Part shown: positions 1 through 10,893 of the stretch, in pieces
How positions within the stretch are numbered: the first letter of the stretch is position 1
Layout of the letters: every line of letters begins with the position of its first letter
NCBI GenBank assembly: GCA_025786725.1
Contig: JAHLTZ010000005.1
Coordinates: forward strand, 372,001 to 436,000
Reading direction: 5' to 3'
Origin: Syncephalis fuscata S228
Taxonomy: Eukaryota; Fungi; Zoopagomycota
DNA length: 64,000 nucleotides
The notes under the pieces: generated by a model
What the model saw: only the letters and a program-made list of their open reading frames with translations
Told to the model about the DNA's origin: nothing
The model's database searches: none
Program-made: the position numbers and the translations under genes

Positions 1-50
1 CATACGAAGTCTGTGCTTCCCAAGCCTCCTGACAGGCTATCTTGTGTCAT
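1..50 (-). CDS. 5' end of a GPCR-like 7TM family paralog, continuing beyond the window start
   Basis: Reverse strand reads MTQDSLSGGLGSTDFVW, matching MIKNDLSGDLGSIDFVW of the 719-1704 gene. Upstream DNA 51-205 also aligns to about 1705-1860. Confidence 0.8.
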   Translation of the reverse strand, partial: MTQDSLSGGLGSTDFV

Positions 51-718
51 GTTATTAATATATGAAAGCTAACTTTGAATAAGCAATTATGTATAGTATA
101 AATACAAACTAATAGAGGAAAAGCATTACAAGGCCATGGAAAGTGGCTACAAAGGATGGGCTGATGGGGGATGACATGATGCATAATTGGCATGCAAACA
201 GGTTTTAAATGAATTTACATTCTTTATATTAAGTAAAAGCGCCCGCAGACCAATGTTTAGTCTTTGGTTTAAAATATATGTGTTAGGCTTATAGTAAAAG
301 TAATCACAGGTTTAATTAAATGTAAGTTAGATATTGGTTGCTATTTGTCGCTAACCGAACTAGTTATAAATTTGTTTTACTCACTAATCTATATGCACAA
401 TAACCTCATATTGCTACTTATGTTTTCCCATTCTATATTAGCTTTAATGTATAATATTATCTTCTTGCAGAGTTGAAGCCACAGAAGTTCAAGATTGGCA
501 CAAAATATTTAAGAGTTACTCGGTGTTTGGAAGCTCGTATTTTGAGCCTGCGCTTAGTATTATAAAAATATTGTTCGTTGGTTTGACAATAAAATAAAAT
601 GCTTATAACGTTTTTGCTTATTTGCTTTTATATAAACAATTAATGTATTTCATTAAATAGCTATTCGTACATTTATTAATAGTTCGATAATTAAATTGAC
701 AAATAAAGATGTAACAAA

Positions 719-1704
719 CTATTCATAAATATAAGTTGTAGTTATTCCAGTCACACCAAATCTATTACGAGTGGTTGTTTGATCCTCGATCGATACCTTG
801 GATGTTGTTGTTGGTTTATTACGCAGTTTTGTAGTCCCATATGATTGCGGCATCATATGTAAATTGTATATGTTGTTTACAAGTAATGTAGCTGTTATTA
901 TCCTATATTCCTCGCTTTAGTATTTTACACATAAAGTGTTTCAATTTTTACTTACCAATCAGCAACATACAGTAGGTCACTTGCTTCTTCGAGCATTCTG
1001 GTTGCACCTACAATAAAGCATATTATATTCGATGCAACCACTAATAGCATTGTAAGCGCGCCGTCTTTTGCCAGCTTTTTCCAGCAGTCCTCTTGGTATC
1101 GCTTATAATGACGATAGATCACCATACTAAATATTACAGAAAATATAACATTAAATGGGAGGTCGAGGGATAATCGAACATATGGAAGATATGCTGGATA
1201 CTTAAGATAACATCCATGCATTTCATTGTATCTAGGAGTTGATGAGTACCATACAGTAATTACGTATGCAGGGCCGGAACCACCAATCATTATAATGCCT
1301 AATATTAAAAACCACATTGGGCGATTACATGCAAGATAGGCACGTTCGAATAATACAGCATTTGTAATTGCTGATGAAATTGTCACTCCGGCTATTACAG
1401 CCCAGGCTAACGTGTTGCAAGATGCGATACCCAGTGCAATAGATGGAATACTAATAAATACCGACAGTAGTACGCCAACTAAATTCATAGCTAAGCAGCA
1501 CCATGGAGCGAGTTTACGAGAATAAGCAAATACTACATATCCAGCGCGATAAGTATTTCGTAGTAAAATAAACACCATTATTACACCAAATAATATTTGA
1601 TAATTGATTGCTAGATAGCGTCGCCTTAACGAATCTATTTCATCGCGTGCTTCCCATACAAAGTCTATGCTTCCCAAATCTCCTGACAAATCATTTTTTA
1701 TCAT
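719..1704 (-). CDS. GPCR-like seven-transmembrane protein, 2 exons (1704-956, 902-719)
   Basis: Seven hydrophobic segments, Cys before TM3 and in ECL2, DRY-like ERAY. A GTAAG..TAG intron (955-903) splits the TM7 Trp codon; exon 2 is open to TAG at 721-719. Start placed at ATG 1704 by alignment to the paralog. Confidence 0.8.
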
Positions 1705-2300
1705 GTTATTGATATAGAAACTAACTTTGAATAAAACAGTAATAAACAATATGGATATAGATTAATAGAAGGAAAACGTTACAAGGTTACCGAAAACTGC
1801 CATAAAGGACAAGCTATCAAAAATCTACATGTCGCGTGATTGATATGTAAACAGGTTTAGGCGCATGCATATTATACAGGACAAACAGAATGTTGAAGCC
1901 TAGTGCATAAAATTTGACGTACGATATACATGCAATTTTATGACAAAAGCATAATTATCAATCTGGCTATATTTAATAGCATCCATGCACCTGGAATAGA
2001 CAATTATTTTACTAAACATGGACTGGATAATAAATGATATCGCTTAGCAAATCATTATGCCATAGATACATCATTACCAACATTTTGCATAAGTTATAAG
2101 CAAAGTAAATCAAAACTTACCGATAATAAAACAAGAGATAAAAAATAAAAACTGTGAGTAGGATAGTACTAGACAAGCATGAAAATGATATATAATAGAG
2201 CGAATTACATTGTTAATAATAAAGTTGAGTAAAAGATACATGTGTTTCATATTTCTTATTTAAAATTATTTTTTTAAAATTATTTTTTAAGCTTTTCACT

Positions 2301-3000
2301 ATGGAATCTACGTTCAATGACCATAACAACGACGAATATGACTACCCGCCAGATGTCATTATTCGTGCCGTGCTACGGCGTCAGTTGTCAGACGTACAAA
2401 CTACGCTGGGCCCATATCTCCATGCAAAAGTCCATCAAATGAATCCTGCGCGATATTTTGAAACACTTTTCAGCGAACTGCCCTATGTTCTTGGTGGGTT
2501 TGCTTATCCTTGGCTTGACTGGAGGACGGGACGCCAGGATAGCCGCCATACAGCGACAGGTTCGACCAACAAAGAACTAACTAAGGGCGCGGATGATGCA
2601 TATTCAGCAATGGTAAGAAAATACACATATTCTTTTATTATCAAAAACTAATAAACTGGTCAACTAGTCTGCGTGGAAATCGATTCTAAATGAAGACGAT
2701 GAGCCGCAATCTCTTTACGATTTGTTTATTGATGAAATGGCTGAACGTAAACAAAATCAATTTCGTCGTTTCTCTCCTTGGTTTGATACCGAATTTGACG
2801 AACGAATTCCTAATAACGTGGATCCGAATGTAATAGAGAAAGATCCACCGTGTAGCATACGAATCACTAAAACACAGAATGCCGACGGCGTAAGTGATAA
2901 ATGGATACGAGTAGATGAGTTTTTAAATTTATTGATTAATAGATTATTGAAACGCGTGAAGAGATGCGCTGGGCGGATGGCCGCGAATATGTTACAGTAA
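2301..3000 (+). CDS. Hypothetical protein, 2 exons (2301-2612, 2668-3000)
   Basis: GTAAGA..CTAG intron 2613-2667 joins the two ORF-track fragments in frame. No recognisable domain. Confidence 0.65.
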
Positions 3001-3389
3001 CGCAAGACAGTAGTAAATAAACAAAGTGTTTTTATTAAACTTATCACCACTATTATTATTATTCTTCATTATATCGTATACTGAATTTAAGTATTTTGGT
3101 CGCTGATATTACTCACTACCCTGGTCTATTTACAATAGAATGCATGTGCAGCTTACTCATATAAATAATGTCAGATGCAACTATTTAACCTCCAAATAAT
3201 ACTAAATAGGTAATAAATTGTTTATAAAACCAAAATTATAATAACGTTAGATGGCACATAGCATAATATGTAACCAACAGGTATGGCAATGCTGCTGCAG
3301 TTACTTGAAAATACAAAATGTAAAGTAAAATGAAAAAAAGTATTAATTAGAAATCAGCAACCGTCATTAAAAATGATCATAATAATATT

Positions 3390-4240
3390 AGCTTCTTCAA
3401 AATCAACCCGGTATAATATTACTTAATCGTAGACTATCAATAATATGTTTGAAATTCAAAGCAGCAGCCAAGTCACGATTCTACAATCTTGCACCCGTAA
3501 AAAGTTTCATGTTTTTTTACGTTTGATTTGTGCACCTACAAATAATCTAGATGTTAGAATAAAATATTTATTTTGTATTTAGTCTATAAATTATAGTATC
3601 TTAGAAGCCCATGGCACTTTACTTTTGGATGATTGTGACGCCGATACAAATGTGGATTATCAATTATTTTGAATGTTTCTAAACTTCAAGCTTGACAAGT
3701 GGGACAGGTTTAAAGCTGTTATACTCATCAATTAAAAGCACATTAAAACCACTCTTTTGAAGCATACGCTTCAAGCCAGCACCTTAAATAGGTTTTTTGA
3801 AAATTTACACGACTTGCAGACCAGTTACCAAATATTAAAGTAGCATTACTATCAAGCTTGGATTTAAGCTTATTGATAAGTTTTTGGTCAGCTTGCTGTC
3901 GCCTAATGTACGAAGATAGTTTTAGTTTCTGAACAAACAGTTTTGTTTGATAGGATCTATATTTGTTTGATAAGTGTAGTATGGTGCAGGATATCGGCTG
4001 GCAACAGCACAAACGGTGAGATATTCCTCAAAGTTAGATATATTAGCAGATCTGGTTTGACATTGAGACAATAATTTTTCTTTTCTTTAAACATCGCAAT
4101 ACTTTGCCTTTGATTCAATTCTGATTCTGCGATACTTCTTGTCCCGGTATCAAAATGTTTTTGATTTAAAGTGTATCTGTAGGCCATTGGCTCTTGGATG
4201 GTGCTGAAGTTATAGTGTGCGTATGAGCAAAATAGCTTTA
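3390..4240 (-). mobile_element. Decayed, 5'-truncated Fanzor1 (eukaryotic TnpB-like RNA-guided nuclease) gene
   Basis: Translation across frameshifts and stops: YRYTLNQK..LLSQCQTRSANISNFEEYL..KLKLSSYIRRQQADQKL..LIFGNWSA..PI*GAGLKRMLQKSGFNVLLIDEY (RuvC-II)..CPTC..NPHLYRR..VKCHGLLR-CTNQ..RL*NRDLAAALNFKHI (RuvC-III). This motif order is typical of fungal Fanzor1. Confidence 0.85.
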
Positions 4241-4381
4241 TAAAAATACAACTATTTAACCATTGAATTACATTAAATAATCATCAAGTTGTAAAATGAT
4301 CTATTAGCTAATTTATTTGTGAAGGCAATATTGCTAATGAGATAGTGAAATAATACTAGGCAAAATCTATATTTAAGTTGT

Positions 4382-6230
4382 TTAACCTTTAACTGCTCCG
4401 TAATATGGAACATAAACGGCACGGTTCGATGGTGGTTCATTGAGCCTTGGATTGGGATCAATTACAATATACCCGGAATATGATCATATCTCATCCTTTT
4501 GTATATTTTTCGGCGTACTGATTTGTACAGTAATATCGATGATCTGATATGGCTGTAAATTGATAAATTCTAGAAGGGAGGCAGTTTCAGTTGTGTGTTG
4601 CCTTGATGATATATTGCTAGTAGGTCTTGATTTTGGAACTGGAGCATTTGGAATACGTGAAAAGCTATACGATAGCGATGTAGCAGATAAAGATGAAATT
4701 TTGATAGCTACATTTACTACTTTAGCATAACTATATCCTATATTAATTGAAGATGGCTCAACACGAGTGTTCTCAGCGCCTATTATTTTGTTAAGATTGA
4801 TCATGCTGGCCACCTTGATATTTTACAGAAATGTAGGAACTTAAATTGCTGTTTTTAATCGGAATTGCATTGTTTTTTTAGTATAGTCTTGATAGATCTA
4901 ACGTCGATCGAATCATATTGATCAAGTTCAACTATCAATGCCGCTGCACCAGCAACGTGGGTAACAGCAGCTGATATATCGCTAAAATGAGATTTGTTTC
5001 ATTGTTTATAAATGGTAGTAGTGTAAACTTTGTGACTTGGTGCTAAAATGTCAGGATAGTGAGGCGGTATGGATGGCTTGTTTTGCGATCCAGTTGTAGC
5101 GACAGTAATATTGCCATCTGTAATATAGCCATACTTTTCTTTAAAAGCGTATTTATATCCACGTCCATTCATGCAAACTTTTTTAAAAATAAAACATTTT
5201 TTTTGCTAATACTAAATAAAGGTATGCCACATTCAATTTTCGTTTCCTTTTTTTAAATACCATCTACAATGATAAACCCAGTTATTTCTGCTGATTTAGC
5301 AAGCTGTAGCATGGCCTCTATCTCCGGTTTTATGCCAAACAAGTGCAATACCACCTTTGTTAAGCCTGTTAAAGTGCTCATTCAAGGTGCCTATAAAATT
5401 ATTAGGAATAATAGCCATTTCATTATCAAAGTTATATTTCATATTTGAACATGAAGATATAAACTTAATGCGACGACCAGTTGTTTTTTCTTCAAACCAA
5501 TGCGATAAATGATAATCTTGTCTGGCACCACCAACGCTTAATACAGGTAGTCCTTTGTACGAAAATTGTTTCTGCTTTATGAAATCATTAGCTGATGCTG
5601 CAACAATCATAATCACGCCTTGTCTCGCGGCAATTTTTATTTCTTGTCTTAGTTGAGTGCTGGCTTCGTCTACAATGGCAATTTCCGGCAATACAATAAT
5701 TTTCATTTGATCCTCATGTACTGTGGTTTTTATAGCCTGCAATACTATTGAGGCTGAAGCTGGACCTGTGCAACCAAACACACAATAGGTGCCAAGTGTC
5801 GCCTCGGGTGCAACTCCAGTAAAATAATTGGCTTTTGCAACAGCGATCCCAGCCAAACCTACACTGCGTCTATTGCATTCAGATGAATCTTTGGTTTGGC
5901 TACAATCAACATTCACAAATTTGCGATCATAGACATAATTTCCTTCAAATATATTAATTTTAAAATTAATTCCACCATCAATAATTCCAAGTTTCACGCC
6001 TTTTCCTTTGAAGCCCGTGTCGTGAAGTGCTTTAATACCGGTGGGTACATAGTAAGGTGTTACATAAACTGGCTTTTCAGTGATTTTAGAACCAATGTAG
6101 GGACGGTTGTAACTAGGTATTGTGTAAAATTATCTTTATATGTTTTGGCACTGTCTACAGCAAAATGTTGTGTTAAACAAAATAGTAACAGCGTGACAAT
6201 AGCCAGTTTTTGTGCTTGTATTATCATCAT
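4382..6230 (-). pseudogene. Secreted subtilisin (S8 with PA and Fn3-like domains) pseudogene, catalytic His missing
   Basis: Signal peptide; GKGVKLGIIDGG; FTGVAPEATLGTYCVFGC; PA domain; YPDILAP; SDISAAVTHVAGAAAL; Fn3 YSGYIVI..VYVPYYG. In-frame stops near 5255 and 4485 plus frameshifts. Confidence 0.8.
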
Positions 6231-7082
6231 AGTAATAACCAACTGCTGTATTGAAAATAATTATATAATCTAACTGTATAAAAAGTGGCGATAAAGCAAG
6301 TAAAGAATGAGACAACGCATATGAAGTGAAAATATTTTGAATAAATACTTGCAGCTACTTTCAGATTCGATGGCACCATAAAAGAATATTGACATGCTTT
6401 AAATGCCATTTTAGATTATCAAACAAAATATCTAAGAATGTGTCAATAATAGTACTAACAGTAATGTGGCAATTGAATAGAAGTCATTAGTAATTTGATT
6501 TTTACTTGTTTAAATTCTCCATTCTAATAACTATCATGTGCTGTTAGTTTTTCTTTGGCAAACTACCACGCTATATATACATTCCTTTGGCGGAATCGAC
6601 TGAACGTGACATTATACACCAATGTACATTTATAGTTCGGTAGTTGTTTAATAGTTTAAATAAATTAAAATCAAACTATAGCCTGAGCTATAAAATAAAT
6701 AATGCGATTGTAGTTGTATCGAATCTAACTAAGTATAGTGTACCAATAGTTGCAAAAAAAAGTTATTTTTATTTGGTTAATAAAAAGAACGAATTAATAC
6801 GAGAGTGCACTATTATGGTGGATATAATAGCCAGCATGAATAAGGAAATGTATCGTGAATGAATTATTAGTTCAAAGGCTCAACGGCCTTTGGAGATAGG
6901 TTACACAACTGGCATGGAATCATTATAAATACGCGTTAAAATTGATTACTTTTGAAAAACATTGCTTTTCAAATTTGATAGTGTTTTATTGCTGTTTGAT
7001 CAAATCTTATCACGACAACATTTCATTTTATTATTTTCTAATTTCCTTTTGTGAATGAATTTTGCAGTTTTTTTATATTTCC

Positions 7083-10000
7083 ATGGAAGGAAGTGAAGGA
7101 TCCAAAAAACGTTCCAATAAGCAATATGTAAAAGACAATGGTCTAGTATTAAATACTGACGACTTGCCTACTACAAAACGTTCACGAAAAACAGAACAAC
7201 ACGCAACCTCTGCTAGCTCTTGTGATCGTGATACTAGTCGATTGACGGAACTGCACCGTATATCCAAAGAACTGACAAATTTATTAAATAATAATACGGC
7301 TCGTTCACTAGAATGCTTTAAGCAGATTCGCATTATCCTAGAATCATTGGCCCGCCGGCCTTCTTTGGCGGCACATACAGTTCAAGGATTGCAAGTATGC
7401 ACTGCGGCCAGCGAGGAATTATCTCGTGCCCTAAACACTGCCTTGAACACTTTTAATGCAGATTATTTGGAATGGACATGCAAATTGATATGTTACATAG
7501 TAGAGACGGCCAAAGCCACGCATAAAAACCCCTTTCATGTTCACTTTGTCAATTCTTTTTTATGCAGTGAAACACTTTATCGCATAATTCACATCGGCGA
7601 ATCAACTTCAAAAACACAAAAGTACTACGCGTTAAGATTCATTAATGTAGCATGGCCGGCCATTGAACAATTGAATGTGCCATCTTTATATAACACGCTA
7701 TTGAATAATACCATCCAGATAGCTGCAACTCTACCATATTCGCCAAATGACGTCACTAACGTGGATAAAGTATGGACTCAAGCCTCAACTATATTATTAC
7801 AGCTTTTGCGCGCACCAACCCTTAAAAATACTATTATTCCAACTACAGAACAAAATTTTACATTATATATGACCTGGCAAAAGATATTAGACGATATGAG
7901 CAACAAAAAATCAACCAATGATGCAATTTGGCCATCAATTGCAATTTGTTCAGCATCTGCAATGCTCTTACGCATTATAACAGCCATTGCTAATACATCA
8001 AAAATGCGATTTGACGAATTAAACCGCTTAGACTGGATTTCCAATGTATTAAAATGGTGGCGATTAATTCATAAGCGCTTTCCATCCGACAATTATTCAT
8101 CAACTTTTCGTACTGAACAGATCAAATTGGTTAAATTCTTTGTACTTCCATTGTCCGTATGGAAGTTTTACCACCCCTCAAGCAATGAGGAAGTAGCATT
8201 AGGTAGTATCGATCGTACAGAATTTGTCTATTTATTACTGTACTCTATTCAGCTTGCTGCATCTATTTGCTTAAATTCAATAGCGTCACTAAACATGAAT
8301 ACTATTGAAGAAAATAGAAATGTTCAATCCATGGACTTGGACTCCAATGCTTGTTCGGTGCTTATATCGCTTTTGGGCAATGTTGGACAGTTGAGCGGTA
8401 TTGCAAGAACCAGCGATATTTCTAATCAATGCGCTTTTGTTTTATCATCAATCGACAAAATACTTGGTCACTTGCTTGACAAGGATTGTATTAAAGGTGA
8501 CGGTCGATTATCAGAGTTAAACGATGCTCTATTAGCTGCTGCCGGTCAAATTATTACGCAAGGATCACACGAATGTACGACGAATATTATTAAAAATAGC
8601 TGTGCTGCTCGAGATATTATTCAACGTTCAATGAAGCGGCTACATTTATTACTATCACAACCAGCGGTGCAACAACCATCGGATGACTGGATTTGCCAGC
8701 TATGTTTTTATGGTTTACGCGAAGATGTAAACTTTGTTACAAACCATGGCTTATTAGAACTGCCGTTAATGGGTATTTCAGAGCTAAGTTATGGCACATC
8801 CATAGCTAGTCATACAGTTTTGACACTAGCTCGATTTGTAGCATTATTGGGCGAAAAAACGCTATTACGGGCTGAGCAAACCCGTATGCTTATTGCTAAC
8901 ATAGTAATATCGGCTAGTCAATTGGAGAAGGAGGCACAAACTGCAACACCACCTTTATTTGATTTTCGTACTCACATACCATATCAAATACTTGTCAATA
9001 TACTAACAGCATTACTAAAACAAACACGCGATCCAGATTGGTGTAAGCAACTTTGTTTTTTTAAAAGCAAGTCGGAATATATTACAAATACACAACTTCG
9101 ATCAACATATGAAGTTGAGGTAAATAGAATGTGTCGTTGGGTGAACGGTCATCATTTACTAGATACATCTGCAAACAACAACAACAATAATAATAATAAT
9201 AATAATAATGAGAAAAATAATACTTTATCCATATTATCACTATTTATATGGCTATCTTGTCACTGGCTATCCGAACTATCTTATTATAAAGATAACCATT
9301 CACATTATACACTATGCCAAAGTATAGAGCGTATACAAGAACTAGCACTATCAGCGTTAGTTGGCTGGATAAACAACAAGTATTCGCGAGATATGCTTGC
9401 AATGCAACCTCAGCATTTTTATGATTTATGTAGTATAGTTACGTCTCAGTTGCAATTGGATAAAAAAGCAAGTTGGATTCCAGTGCTACAACAGTTATTT
9501 CATAAATTTCTACGAAATACACGATACATTGATTTAATGTTAAATCATAATTTATTTCTACGGTCGTTGCAAGGCATATTGCTACCGTTAGGAAATGAAA
9601 AAATAACCGGTATAGAATTGTTACAACATCAGCAGTTATTGTTAAAGTTTCATCGTTGTACTGCATATCTAATGCTTCAACAACGTAAAGAAGTATCAGC
9701 TATTATTGCACTCGTCATCTACACACCACCTATTAAGTGGGGTTCTGTTTTATTAACTCCCTACACTAATAATGACAAAAAGACACCGCTAGGTTTAATG
9801 TTGGAGCTTTTAATGCTTACAGCACACCATGGCCAGAATGATGAACGAGTATTGGCTCGATTGGTATTTCAATGGTTAGGCGCGCTACTTGCAATAGTTT
9901 TACCAATCGAACCAGTACAACAACAGCCCAATCATAAACAAGATGTTTATACAAAATATCGCAATCATCGTCTTAGTAATTATAATGCATTCGACGCAAC

Positions 10001-10724
10001 AACAACAACAACAGTTCTAGATGATACGTCTGCCAACTGTGTATTGCTCGTAGCCGGTGACGATCATATTGCTATTCCGATTGATCGTCGTAAACTTGCT
10101 AATGCCAGTGATTACTTTACCGTGCTACTTGAAAGTGATTTTGCCGAAGCTTACCAACAGCAAATCGATTGGTCACACGTATCGGTAGCAGCGACAAAAA
10201 CACTTGTCCAATTTGTACAGGCCATTTACGACAATAGCTCCTTGGACGACGTACTCGATCGTACCTTTGACCAACCGGGGGACGCGACCACTTTACTGCA
10301 AACAATGTCACTTGCTCACCAAGTCGATCTTTTAGTGCTAGAGTATGCGTGTGGCGACACATTAAATACAATGATTTTTAGTGATCACTATGAAGACGTG
10401 GCACTGGCAGTGGCCAATTTCGCGGCTGATCATCGACATTTTGATCAATTACCTCGTTGGCATCCCTGGCATGCTATTCGCGACCATGCCTTTAGATATT
10501 TGTGGTTAAATACACCACGTGATGAGCTTCCTATCATATTACATCATTGGTGTGGACTCGATACCACAAACGATACTACTAGTTACGATGAAGAAACAAT
10601 AGAAGAACATTTGGTCTATTTAAGTGGACATATAAAGCGGTTTGTACAAGAAGGTGCCATAGCTGCGGCAGGACCAGCTAGATTAATTAGCGTGGAAGAT
10701 GAAGAGATGGAAGATGATTATTGA
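7083..10724 (+). CDS. Large intronless helical (ARM/HEAT-like) protein with C-terminal BTB/POZ domain
   Basis: Continuous ~1213-codon ORF from ATG 7083. BTB motif IPIDRRKLANASDYFTVLLESDFAEAYQQQI. Leu-rich helical N-terminal region, poly-Asn tract. Confidence 0.8.
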   Translation: MEGSEGSKKRSNKQYVKDNGLVLNTDDLPTTKRSRKTEQHATSASSCDRDTSRLTELHRISKELTNLLNNNTARSLECFKQIRIILESLARRPSLAAHTVQGLQVCTAASEELSRALNTALNTFNADYLEWTCKLICYIVETAKATHKNPFHVHFVNSFLCSETLYRIIHIGESTSKTQKYYALRFINVAWPAIEQLNVPSLYNTLLNNTIQIAATLPYSPNDVTNVDKVWTQASTILLQLLRAPTLKNTIIPTTEQNFTLYMTWQKILDDMSNKKSTNDAIWPSIAICSASAMLLRIITAIANTSKMRFDELNRLDWISNVLKWWRLIHKRFPSDNYSSTFRTEQIKLVKFFVLPLSVWKFYHPSSNEEVALGSIDRTEFVYLLLYSIQLAASICLNSIASLNMNTIEENRNVQSMDLDSNACSVLISLLGNVGQLSGIARTSDISNQCAFVLSSIDKILGHLLDKDCIKGDGRLSELNDALLAAAGQIITQGSHECTTNIIKNSCAARDIIQRSMKRLHLLLSQPAVQQPSDDWICQLCFYGLREDVNFVTNHGLLELPLMGISELSYGTSIASHTVLTLARFVALLGEKTLLRAEQTRMLIANIVISASQLEKEAQTATPPLFDFRTHIPYQILVNILTALLKQTRDPDWCKQLCFFKSKSEYITNTQLRSTYEVEVNRMCRWVNGHHLLDTSANNNNNNNNNNNNEKNNTLSILSLFIWLSCHWLSELSYYKDNHSHYTLCQSIERIQELALSALVGWINNKYSRDMLAMQPQHFYDLCSIVTSQLQLDKKASWIPVLQQLFHKFLRNTRYIDLMLNHNLFLRSLQGILLPLGNEKITGIELLQHQQLLLKFHRCTAYLMLQQRKEVSAIIALVIYTPPIKWGSVLLTPYTNNDKKTPLGLMLELLMLTAHHGQNDERVLARLVFQWLGALLAIVLPIEPVQQQPNHKQDVYTKYRNHRLSNYNAFDATTTTTVLDDTSANCVLLVAGDDHIAIPIDRRKLANASDYFTVLLESDFAEAYQQQIDWSHVSVAATKTLVQFVQAIYDNSSLDDVLDRTFDQPGDATTLLQTMSLAHQVDLLVLEYACGDTLNTMIFSDHYEDVALAVANFAADHRHFDQLPRWHPWHAIRDHAFRYLWLNTPRDELPIILHHWCGLDTTNDTTSYDEETIEEHLVYLSGHIKRFVQEGAIAAAGPARLISVEDEEMEDDY

Positions 10725-10893
10725 ATTAAATAAAGTTGCTATTCATACAACTGCATCAATCCTTTAAACGATGTAAAGACATTGATTTGTCTACATTAGC
10801 AATATTACTATTTTATTAATCGTACATTATATAATACTGCATACTATTTCATTGCACTGCTATTACTAATGACTAATGACTACATTTAATTTA

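Noticed and set aside
4440-4480. VIDPNPR as the Fanzor RuvC-I motif, and the idea that Fanzor is inserted inside the subtilisin gene
   Set aside because: The context YSGYIVIDP..VYVPYYG is the subtilisin Fn3-like domain. The S8 gene runs continuously to its stop at 4382, and the Fanzor relic begins only near 4240.
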